Shown in pieces: positions 17,936 through 26,120 of a stretch of 64,000 bases of DNA. The notes beneath the pieces are model-generated. The model had not been told where the DNA came from, made no database searches, and saw nothing but the letters and a program-made list of their open reading frames with translations. The position numbers were made by a program, and so were the translations under genes. Within the stretch, counting starts at the first letter, position 1; each line of letters begins with the position of its first letter. Source of the stretch: a virus; the IMG/VR virus record IMGVR_UViG_3300032313_000518, positions 32,001 through 96,000 of that record. One strand, 5' to 3'.

Positions 17936-19546
17936 TTGAAAAAGTTAAAAGTTTTATTAAGTGTATTATTCATATTCTGTCTAGCTTCCAAAGCTAACGG
18001 ACAAACAACATTTACACAAACATTTATAGATAAGTGTACTGGAGAAGTAAAACTCGCCACCACTACCTATGTCAATGGAAATGCCTTTGTATCATTCTAT
18101 GACCAAATGAAAGTATTCTCACCCGAAGAAGTTCAAAGTGGTGCAATGAAAATTTGGTTACAAGCAGTTTACCTTGCTTATGCAAATAAGACTTGTGCAA
18201 CTGCAACGGTAGTTCAACAAACCATTCAACAAACGGTAAACCAAGCAGTTCAACAAGCAGCATCTCAAGCGGCTCAACAGGCAGCAGCTCAAGCCGCATC
18301 ACAAGCAGCAGCTCAAGCGGCTTCACAAGCAGCAGCTTCAGCCGCACAATCGGCAGCAGCTTCGGCAGCTCAATCAGCGGCAAGTTCAGCTGCATCATCT
18401 GCTGCTTCTTCTGCGGCAAGTTCAGCGGCAAGTTCAGCTGCATCATCTGCCGCTTCTTCTGCGGCTAGTGGAGCGGCTTCATCGGCAGCTGGTTCTGCGG
18501 CTAGTGGAGCAGCAGCTTCGGCAGCCGGAGCGGCAGTACCACCACCCCCACCAACTCCATCCGCACCTGCTCCTAGCGCTCCGGCTCCTTCTGGTGGAGG
18601 TTCACCTACCCCATCATCAAATAGTTCTTCTGGTGGAGGAAACGGAGGTGGTAGTTCATCACCAAAAGCAGAAGCAAAAGCTGAGGCAAAAGCTGAGGCA
18701 AAAGCCGAAGCTAAAGCTGAATCAAAATCGGAAAGTAAGAGTGAATCTAAATCAGAATCCAAATCCGAATCCAAAGAAGAAAGTAAATCCGAAAGTAAAA
18801 GTGAGGAAAAGAAAGAAGAATCAAAATCGGAATCTAAAAAAGAAGAAAAGAAAGAAGAGAAAAAGGAAGAGAAGAAACAAAAAGCAGCACCAATAAATCC
18901 ATTATTATTGGCATCGGATTTAAGTGTAGTAGAATCCGAACCTGGTAGTTGGCAGGCAATCCTATCAACTGGTGTATCTCGTTCATCAATGGCTGGAGAT
19001 GAAAGTTATTCAGCTAGTTCAATGATTTGGAGTAATCTAAAACAATTTGCCCTAAGTGGTGGTTATACTAAGATGAACTTCAAAGATGGAGCATTACATT
19101 CTATGAACTCATACTCACTAACTGGTGCATATTTGGATAGAACCTATATGAGTTTAGTTGGATTGACAGTAATAATACCACACCCAAAGATTGGAGTATA
19201 TGGATACAATGTTGGTTTAGTTAATCTATTCTCACCAAAAGAAGGTGGGGGATATGGATATAGTGTAAGTAATTCTGGTGTTCTATTTTGGACTAAACCA
19301 TATCAAACTACAAAGAAATTAACACTATCACCGCAAGTGTTTACAATGTTACCTGGTGGAAGTTGGGATACAACCAATGGTACATTCACTTATAGTTCCG
19401 ATGTTGGATTATTATTGGGTACTTCGATTGATTACAAAATCAGTAAACGTTTTGGATTTAGTTTTAATTACAAAATCAATACGTCTACTGCTGCAGGGGC
19501 TCCGATATTAAGTAACTTTTTAATTGGTTCTAGATTGATGCTTTAA
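17936..19546 (+). CDS. secreted protein: small Cys domain, Ala/Ser and Glu/Lys low-complexity stalk, C-terminal beta-barrel
   Basis: TTG start, signal peptide, (AASS)n, poly-Pro, (EAKA)n/(ESKS)n/(EEKK)n; barrel similar to 6189-7088. Confidence 0.7.
   Translation: MKKLKVLLSVLFIFCLASKANGQTTFTQTFIDKCTGEVKLATTTYVNGNAFVSFYDQMKVFSPEEVQSGAMKIWLQAVYLAYANKTCATATVVQQTIQQTVNQAVQQAASQAAQQAAAQAASQAAAQAASQAAASAAQSAAASAAQSAASSAASSAASSAASSAASSAASSAASSAASGAASSAAGSAASGAAASAAGAAVPPPPPTPSAPAPSAPAPSGGGSPTPSSNSSSGGGNGGGSSSPKAEAKAEAKAEAKAEAKAESKSESKSESKSESKSESKEESKSESKSEEKKEESKSESKKEEKKEEKKEEKKQKAAPINPLLLASDLSVVESEPGSWQAILSTGVSRSSMAGDESYSASSMIWSNLKQFALSGGYTKMNFKDGALHSMNSYSLTGAYLDRTYMSLVGLTVIIPHPKIGVYGYNVGLVNLFSPKEGGGYGYSVSNSGVLFWTKPYQTTKKLTLSPQVFTMLPGGSWDTTNGTFTYSSDVGLLLGTSIDYKISKRFGFSFNYKINTSTAAGAPILSNFLIGSRLML
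18240..18880 (+). repeat. coding 12-nt-period low-complexity repeats
   Basis: Degenerate tetrapeptide repeats QAAS, SAAS, EAKA, ESKS, EEKK. Confidence 0.85.
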
Positions 19547-19683
19547 GAAATAACTTCTTTATCTATATGTAAAGGTTCAGTATGTTGTCTTTGCTTTCTA
19601 ACACCATAATGAGTTGTTGTTTTTGCAATTGTAGCTCCTAAAGAACCACAAATTAAAATTATTGTAATTAATAAATTTATCAT
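19543..19683 (-). CDS. 46-aa membrane peptide (not in the ORF track)
   Basis: MINLLITIILICGSLGATIAKTTTHYGVRKQRQHTEPLHIDKEVIS*; TACTTATA motif upstream on the minus strand (19722-19729). Confidence 0.6.
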   Translation of the reverse strand: MINLLITIILICGSLGATIAKTTTHYGVRKQRQHTEPLHIDKEVIS

Positions 19684-19865
19684 TTTTTTGTATTATTTGT
19701 ATTGTTTTATCACTTTTCTAATATAAGTATTGGAAAAATACTAAAAAGATAATAAAAATAGGATTTTCCCAATAAGTTAAAAAAGGTTCTTTATATAATA
19801 CAAAAATATTATAATTTTATTGATTATTAAGTATTTAATATTTATTGGTGTAAAAAATATACATT

Positions 19866-20492
19866 ATGAACACGTTTCTTAAATTAGGTGTAATCGTTAT
19901 AGCAATCGCAGTTGGAATATTTATATTCCGTGAATGTTCTTCATCGGATACGCCGGGTGAAACTGTGAATGTGGATGGTAAAAAGTATGAGTTAATAAAA
20001 CACAAAATTGATACTTTTGTTGTTGAGCACACTCAAATAAAATATAAAAGAGGACAAGATATCTACCACGAAACAATTGTGGAAAAAGAAAAGAGAGTAG
20101 AAGTACCTATTTATATTAAATCTGATAGTGAAAGAATTGTCAGAGAGTATCATCAAAAAGTTTTGTATAAAGATAAGTTAGTATTAGAAAATAATTTGGG
20201 AACAATTGAATTAACTGATACTATATCTATGAATAAGATTATTGGCAGAAAGTGGAACGCTCAAATAAGAGAAAGAACCATAACTGATACCAAAATAGTA
20301 AAAGAGTTACCAAAGAATCAAGTCTACATTGGAGCACAAACTATAATTGGGAATTCAACTGTAATGGCTGGACCACAACTTACATTGAAAACTAAAAAAG
20401 ATAATATGTATGGTGCCGGAGTATTGATTGATGGTAATGGAAACAAATACTTAGGAGTTTCAGTTGGTTGGAAAATTAGACTTAAAAAATAA
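19866..20492 (+). CDS. membrane-anchored protein with C-terminal amphipathic beta strands (possible spanin-like lysis protein)
   Basis: N-terminal TM, extended beta-rich linker, four terminal strands ending YLGVSVGWKIRLKK. Confidence 0.5.
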   Translation: MNTFLKLGVIVIAIAVGIFIFRECSSSDTPGETVNVDGKKYELIKHKIDTFVVEHTQIKYKRGQDIYHETIVEKEKRVEVPIYIKSDSERIVREYHQKVLYKDKLVLENNLGTIELTDTISMNKIIGRKWNAQIRERTITDTKIVKELPKNQVYIGAQTIIGNSTVMAGPQLTLKTKKDNMYGAGVLIDGNGNKYLGVSVGWKIRLKK

Positions 20493-20493
20493 A

Positions 20494-21300
20494 ATGCTCA
20501 ACGAGTGTATCATTGTATCTAAAGAAGTTGGTGATAAGTTCATCTTAGCTAAAAATAGAGATAGAGCTTACAAACCAAAATTAGAAATTATCCACACTAT
20601 CATAAATGGTGTGGAGGTTGCATACATTCACGATATGATTACCGATTGGAGTGAGGGTATGAACGAGTTTGGAATTGGTATTGTAAATTCAGCTCTAATG
20701 GTAGGACATGATGAGGCAGAAGCAAAGTTGGTAAAGAAGAGTGGTAAACCATCCAAAGATGGAAAGAAAATTAGAACTGCACTTTCACAAAAAACTTTAA
20801 GAGAAGCAATCAAAGCAGCAGTATTAACTGATGGTGGTGTAAACGGACATACATTTGTTTCATCTCCAAAGTATATGGTTAGTATTGAAAAGACATCAAA
20901 ACACAGACCTAATATTATTTTACACAATATGGAAAATCCAGTTGTTCGTACAAATCACGGACATATGTTTACTGATGCTGGATACACACATGGACAAAAA
21001 TACTTATCATCTAAAATGAGAAAGATATCAGCTGAAAAATCAGTTGATAAAGTTGAAGATTGGAAAGAGATTGCAAATGCAATGAGAAAAGAATTCTTTC
21101 CAAAACAATCTCAACTTAATATGGCAAGAAAATCTAAAGAGATGTTCACATCATCTCAAACTGTACTTAACCTTACTGATAGAATATTACAAATAGAATA
21201 TTTTACTGATAACGTCCAAGAGTTTGTTGGTATAACTAATAAGTTACCAAAGGACTACAAAGCTAAAATCAGTATCGTAGTAAAACCAATTCAATCCTAA
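20494..21300 (+). CDS. Cys N-terminal-nucleophile (Ntn) hydrolase, C45/C69-like
   Basis: MLNE-CIIV..LAKNRD..SEGMNEFGIGIVNS..VRTNH; ATG at 20494 preferred over the track start 20464. Confidence 0.75.
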   Translation: MLNECIIVSKEVGDKFILAKNRDRAYKPKLEIIHTIINGVEVAYIHDMITDWSEGMNEFGIGIVNSALMVGHDEAEAKLVKKSGKPSKDGKKIRTALSQKTLREAIKAAVLTDGGVNGHTFVSSPKYMVSIEKTSKHRPNIILHNMENPVVRTNHGHMFTDAGYTHGQKYLSSKMRKISAEKSVDKVEDWKEIANAMRKEFFPKQSQLNMARKSKEMFTSSQTVLNLTDRILQIEYFTDNVQEFVGITNKLPKDYKAKISIVVKPIQS

Positions 21301-21316
21301 CTTTTTATAGTTTAGA

Positions 21317-21324
21317 TATTTATA
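21317..21324 (+). promoter_or_regulatory. putative late promoter TATTTATA
   Basis: 27 nt before ATG 21352. Confidence 0.7.
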
Positions 21325-21351
21325 TACAAGCAATATATAAATAAAATTACT

Positions 21352-21744
21352 ATGTCAACCGATTTCGAATTATTCAAAGGTAAAACATTAGGTTCACTTT
21401 TTGAGGACATCTATAATAACCAAACACAAAAGAAAGCAAAAATATCCGAACTAATCATTGAACTAAAAAAAATGGTTAGACACGCAGGTGATATGGCTGT
21501 TATAGGTCCTTTAATTAGAGATTTAATAGATACATCGGTAAAGAATGATGACCAATTGGTTAAGTTGGCAAACCTTGCTCAAAAACTAATAGTATCTGAA
21601 AAAAAATCGGAGGGGGATGATGGATTCCTTTCAGCATTTGAAAAAGAACAATTACTAAAAGATATTGAAGATACTCAATTAGAATTAGAAAGAGTAGATG
21701 AATTAGAAAACGAAATAGAGGAGCTTAAATTAAAAGTTAAATAA
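21352..21744 (+). CDS. hypothetical helical phage protein
   Basis: 130-aa ORF preceded by TATTTATA; first gene of the baseplate cluster. Confidence 0.7.
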   Translation: MSTDFELFKGKTLGSLFEDIYNNQTQKKAKISELIIELKKMVRHAGDMAVIGPLIRDLIDTSVKNDDQLVKLANLAQKLIVSEKKSEGDDGFLSAFEKEQLLKDIEDTQLELERVDELENEIEELKLKVK

Positions 21745-22977
21745 ATGTCGGAAAGAACAGACGCACTTGCAAATTTAGATAAAGAATTATTAAAAAAAGG
21801 TGTTGATTTGGTCACTATTGGATATGTTCATGATGTGATTTTAGATGAAACGCATCCAAAAGCCGAAGGTAATTCCGCTTATATTGGTGCTATTTTATAT
21901 TCAAATTCAACTACCATTTCTGGTGATACTGATTTATTTATAGCACTACCAATAGATAGAAATATAAAAAATTTACCAGTAAAAAATGAAAGAGTTCAAA
22001 TACATCATTTTGGTCAAAGTGAAAAATACTCTTTAATAGAAAATTCATCAAATCCATCGGTAACTGCAAATGAAAGTCAAATAGCAGGAGCTATAGCTGG
22101 TGGTTCTACTGGAAACCAACCACCACCCAAAATTGATATAGATGTAGCTGTAACTGAAACTGCAAAAACAAATACGGATACTTCTAAAAAATACAATGGG
22201 TATGGTAAATATTATAAAGGTCAAATAGGAATTCATAATTTAAAAATGTACGAAGGTGATAATGTAATTCAAAGTAGATTTGGACAATCGATACGTTTTA
22301 GTGGTTATAATAATCCAAACAGTACATTTTCACCAACAATCATTATTAGAAATAAAGAAACTTCACTAAATCAAGGTAACACCAAAGCCAAGATATCAGT
22401 AGAGGAGGATATAAATAGGGATGGTAGTAGTATAGTATTATCTTCCAATGAATACCAATTACCATTTCAGCCTGGTAATTTAGATGAAAAAGGAAATAGT
22501 GATTGGAGTGAAAATGCAAGTCCAATAAGTTGGCTGCCAGGTACATTTCCATCAAAATTGGTTGGTGACCAAATTTTAATAAATTCTGGTAGAATTATAA
22601 TATCATCAAAATCAGCAGAAATGCTTTTTTATTCTAAAAAAGATTATGGATTTATATCAGAGGGAATGCTTCACATAGATAATAAGCAAGGTATAAGAGC
22701 AATTGTTGGTGATAAAATACTTATAAAAACAAATAGTCAAGATATAAAATTTATAACAGACCAAGGAAAAATTGAATTAGGTAATATTAATTTAGAACCA
22801 TTGGTTATGGGAAATAAATTGGTAAATATTTTAAAAGATTTAATAAGTTTAATTACTCAACAGCAATATCTAACTCCATCTGGTCCAAGTGCGGAAGGGC
22901 CGGTAAACAAACCGCAATTTGATTCTCTAGCATCTAAATTAGATACTATATTAAGTGCTTTAAATAAAACATCATAA
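21745..22977 (+). CDS. baseplate hub/central spike protein (gp5/gpV-like)
   Basis: LPVKNERV OB-fold-like start, EGDNVIQSRFGQSIRF, beta-helix-like repeats, EPLVMG..TPSGPS tip; upstream of gp25. Confidence 0.6.
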   Translation: MSERTDALANLDKELLKKGVDLVTIGYVHDVILDETHPKAEGNSAYIGAILYSNSTTISGDTDLFIALPIDRNIKNLPVKNERVQIHHFGQSEKYSLIENSSNPSVTANESQIAGAIAGGSTGNQPPPKIDIDVAVTETAKTNTDTSKKYNGYGKYYKGQIGIHNLKMYEGDNVIQSRFGQSIRFSGYNNPNSTFSPTIIIRNKETSLNQGNTKAKISVEEDINRDGSSIVLSSNEYQLPFQPGNLDEKGNSDWSENASPISWLPGTFPSKLVGDQILINSGRIIISSKSAEMLFYSKKDYGFISEGMLHIDNKQGIRAIVGDKILIKTNSQDIKFITDQGKIELGNINLEPLVMGNKLVNILKDLISLITQQQYLTPSGPSAEGPVNKPQFDSLASKLDTILSALNKTS

Positions 22978-22978
22978 T

Positions 22979-25126
22979 ATGTCTTGGGACACATTTAAAG
23001 AAACTATATTAATAGTTGCAAACAATCCTAAAAGTATACCTGATAGAAATACTGTTGCAAAACTTTATGCAAATGCATATGATACTGCTATAAAAAATGG
23101 AGGAGATACTAAAAACCAAACCCGTTTAATTAAAGGTAATGTTGAAAGTATGAGAGTAGCGTTTTTAGCTGCATTGGAAAAGGGTGTTACAACCTATGGA
23201 CCTTATGATTTAGTTGCTCAAATGGGAGATGGTGTTAAGGCATATTGGGCAAATGCTACAATGGATAAGTATCCGGTTCCAATTGAATTACCCAATGGTG
23301 CGGTTGCCAACATAAACATTGTAGAAAATAACATAATTGAGGTAGGTGAGTGGTTAGAACCACTATCAACACCATCTGCACCAAAGCCAGCAAATACACC
23401 ACCTCCTGCACCAAAACAAAACCCAAAACCTTCCGATGATTATAATTTAAGAAAAATGTTGGATGATGCTGGTTATGCGGCCATAAAAAAATATGAAGAT
23501 GAGGATGGTTGTGTTTCTTTAATAAGTGGTAAAACGGGATTGCAACTTACGGATTATAAAAAAGTTGGATGTGGTGGGTATAACCCTGGACAAGATGCTC
23601 AAGAAAGAATTATAAAAGAAAGAATAAAAAATGTATTAGGATTTGATGTTTGGGCTAAAATACCACCCATATTTAGAATGCAAATATATTCATTTATGTA
23701 TAATGCCGATTCTACTGCAGATACGGCAACTGTAAAGGGTGACAAATTCAGATGGATTGCTGGCTTGTTGCAGGCAGCAAAAAATGAAACATCTCAATAT
23801 AGAGCAAGCGTTAGAACGAATCAAATAATAAGAGATTTTGAAATACCTTATTTGAAAACATTAACAACTGCTGATTTTCAAAAAATCTATCCAACTTATC
23901 TTAAAGTTTTAGATGAGATGTACAAAGCCATTAGTGATGCTGAGTTACAATCGTTAGCAAATAAAACAACAAATGCAGAAAAAGCATTAGTTGTAAAGAA
24001 AGCATCAGGTTATAATCTTACTTGGAAAGATAGACCTTCTAAAATTCAAACACATTACGAATCCTCTATTTTTGGAAAAAAAGATAAATCACCGCAAGAA
24101 GTTGGACAAACTAATGACCCATCGAAACAAACAACGGAAGAACCAACATCTAATATTCCATTAAAATCAGGTCCTATTCCACCAACAAATAATACTTCAC
24201 TATTTGTTGATTATTTTATAAGAACCGCAATTGACCATTTAAATACAATAAAAGGAATAATTATTACACAATCAAGTTATGGTATAATTAATGGACCTGG
24301 TGTATTAAATTGGAAAGGATATACGGTAAAAGGTACTGTTCAGACAAGACAAATTATTTCAGTTGGTGATTTTACAGACAAATTAAAAGATTATTTAATA
24401 TCTCAAGGTATTGTAGAAACAGAAGAAATAGTAGATGAAAATTCAGATGAAAAGGGAGGTGATGCCGTAACCTACACAAAATATAAAGGAGGAAGCAAAC
24501 AACAAAAAAATGCAATGGCAAGTGCACTATTAAATGTACACAAAATCGGTACATATACAGATTATAAAGATTGGAAACAACCAAAGGGTAAAAATAATTT
24601 TTCAGTAGGATTTGATGTGGGACTTTGTGCTCAATGGACATTTAATATAGCTAAAAATTATGTTTTTTATCTTAATGGGTTTGGTTCAAAATCAGATGGT
24701 CCTGCTTATAGAGCAGGTGCTAATGCAAATGAACGTGGATACTGGACTTCATTAAAATTTTTAGGTTATAGATTGGATATTGATACTACGTTTGAATCCA
24801 AAGCACCTTTAGTAGCATTATTATCAGATGCTGAAAAATTTAATATAGGTGATGTTGCTGTATATTTTGGAACAGATGGTATAGAATTACCAGGTCATAC
24901 ACAAATATTTACAGGTGGATATGGTAGCGATTATCCTAAAGCCGGATATGGTACAGCAGCACCCAATCGTCCCAAGAAAAAATATTTAGAAAAGGGAGGG
25001 TGGGATAATGTTTCAAATTGGGAAACTGATGCTTACAACAACTATGGGAGTTCAATGGTTTATAGAAGTAAATCCAGTTCATCAAAAACTTGGAGATTAT
25101 TGATATTTAGAGCACCATCCAAATAA
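22979..25126 (+). CDS. baseplate-associated protein with putative cell-wall hydrolase domain(s)
   Basis: C-terminal CHAP/NlpC-like GLCAQW..GANAN..GDVAVY..GHTQIF; Pro-rich linkers bound a central domain. Confidence 0.5.
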   Translation: MSWDTFKETILIVANNPKSIPDRNTVAKLYANAYDTAIKNGGDTKNQTRLIKGNVESMRVAFLAALEKGVTTYGPYDLVAQMGDGVKAYWANATMDKYPVPIELPNGAVANINIVENNIIEVGEWLEPLSTPSAPKPANTPPPAPKQNPKPSDDYNLRKMLDDAGYAAIKKYEDEDGCVSLISGKTGLQLTDYKKVGCGGYNPGQDAQERIIKERIKNVLGFDVWAKIPPIFRMQIYSFMYNADSTADTATVKGDKFRWIAGLLQAAKNETSQYRASVRTNQIIRDFEIPYLKTLTTADFQKIYPTYLKVLDEMYKAISDAELQSLANKTTNAEKALVVKKASGYNLTWKDRPSKIQTHYESSIFGKKDKSPQEVGQTNDPSKQTTEEPTSNIPLKSGPIPPTNNTSLFVDYFIRTAIDHLNTIKGIIITQSSYGIINGPGVLNWKGYTVKGTVQTRQIISVGDFTDKLKDYLISQGIVETEEIVDENSDEKGGDAVTYTKYKGGSKQQKNAMASALLNVHKIGTYTDYKDWKQPKGKNNFSVGFDVGLCAQWTFNIAKNYVFYLNGFGSKSDGPAYRAGANANERGYWTSLKFLGYRLDIDTTFESKAPLVALLSDAEKFNIGDVAVYFGTDGIELPGHTQIFTGGYGSDYPKAGYGTAAPNRPKKKYLEKGGWDNVSNWETDAYNNYGSSMVYRSKSSSSKTWRLLIFRAPSK

Positions 25127-25149
25127 ATCCCAAAAATAAACAATTTAAA

Positions 25150-25157
25150 TATTTATA
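25150..25157 (+). promoter_or_regulatory. putative late promoter TATTTATA
   Basis: 24 nt before ATG 25182. Confidence 0.7.
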
Positions 25158-25181
25158 TTAACAACAACGAAAGATAATCAA

Positions 25182-25688
25182 ATGAATACGGATAAATTAT
25201 TAAAAGCTATTCAAATTCTTATCAAAGAGGAGTTAAAACAACAACTCCCTGCTTTGATTAAAGAAGGAGTAAAAGCGGAAATGAAAAAGGTTTTAGCGGA
25301 AGGAAATACTAAACCGCAACCTAAAAAAGAAAGTGAAGGTTTTTCAATGGCTAAAGCAATATTGGGAGATGATACTATTAAAGAATCGCTTGAAACTAAA
25401 GTAGTATCAAACAAACAATTTAGTAAAAACCCAATGATTAACCAAATTCTAAATGAAACTGCAATGGCTCCTGTGAGCAACGATGGCGGATTTAGAACAA
25501 TGAATTTTGGACAGGGTGATATGGGGTCTGTTGTAGGTAGAACCGCAGTAGCTGAAAAAATGGGATATGGTGATTTAGCTAGAGGACCTCAACCAAGTGG
25601 ATTGGGTGTTCAAACTGGAGTGCCTGAATTAGATAAAGCATTGAATAGAGATTATTCGGAATTAGTAAAACGATTTAATAAAAAATAA
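25182..25688 (+). CDS. hypothetical virion protein
   Basis: Late motif upstream; repeated I/L-x-E motifs (LIKEE, LIKEG, VLAE, ILNET). Confidence 0.65.
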   Translation: MNTDKLLKAIQILIKEELKQQLPALIKEGVKAEMKKVLAEGNTKPQPKKESEGFSMAKAILGDDTIKESLETKVVSNKQFSKNPMINQILNETAMAPVSNDGGFRTMNFGQGDMGSVVGRTAVAEKMGYGDLARGPQPSGLGVQTGVPELDKALNRDYSELVKRFNKK

Positions 25689-26116
25689 TGGCAGTAATAT
25701 TAGGTAAAAAATTAGTTAAAGATACTAAAAATTATAATGATTATGCAGTTGGTATAACATTGCCAATACAAATTGGAAATACTGCATTTAATCAATCATT
25801 TAGTGTTACCGAACAAGTAAAATCTAATATTAAAAACTTACTATTAACAAAGAAATATGAAAGAGTTATGCAACCTGAATTAGGAAGTGGATTGCAAGAA
25901 CTTTTGTTTCAATTTAACAATGATGATTTGGCTGGGGATATTGAAGATACAATAGTAAACGCATTATCTTTGTGGCTTCCATATGTAACAGTTGATACTA
26001 TATTGATTGAGCAGTCAAACGAATTAAAAGATATGAATTCATTAAATGTTTCTGTTAAATTTAAAATATTAAATAATCCATCTCTTGAGGTAGTAACATT
26101 TAAAGTAAGGGTATAA
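25688..26116 (+). CDS. baseplate wedge subunit, gp25-like
   Basis: QVKSNIKNLLLTKKYERVMQPELGSGLQELLF..WLPYV (GPW/gp25 family pattern). Confidence 0.9.
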   Translation: MAVILGKKLVKDTKNYNDYAVGITLPIQIGNTAFNQSFSVTEQVKSNIKNLLLTKKYERVMQPELGSGLQELLFQFNNDDLAGDIEDTIVNALSLWLPYVTVDTILIEQSNELKDMNSLNVSVKFKILNNPSLEVVTFKVRV

Positions 26117-26120
26117 TTAT

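Noticed and set aside
18072-18896. Alternative-frame and antisense ORFs over the low-complexity stalk
   Set aside because: Shadows of the repeat-rich coding sequence of 17936-19546; no independent start signals
1964-20492. Envelope region as host chromosome (prophage boundary or chimera)
   Set aside because: Same orientation, AT content and TATTTATA motif as the structural genes; no integrase, att site or housekeeping genes seen
20464-20493. ORF-track start for the Ntn hydrolase (also 56108 for the heptosyltransferase)
   Set aside because: Non-ATG starts overlapping the upstream genes; ATGs at 20494 and 56117 give normal gene coupling
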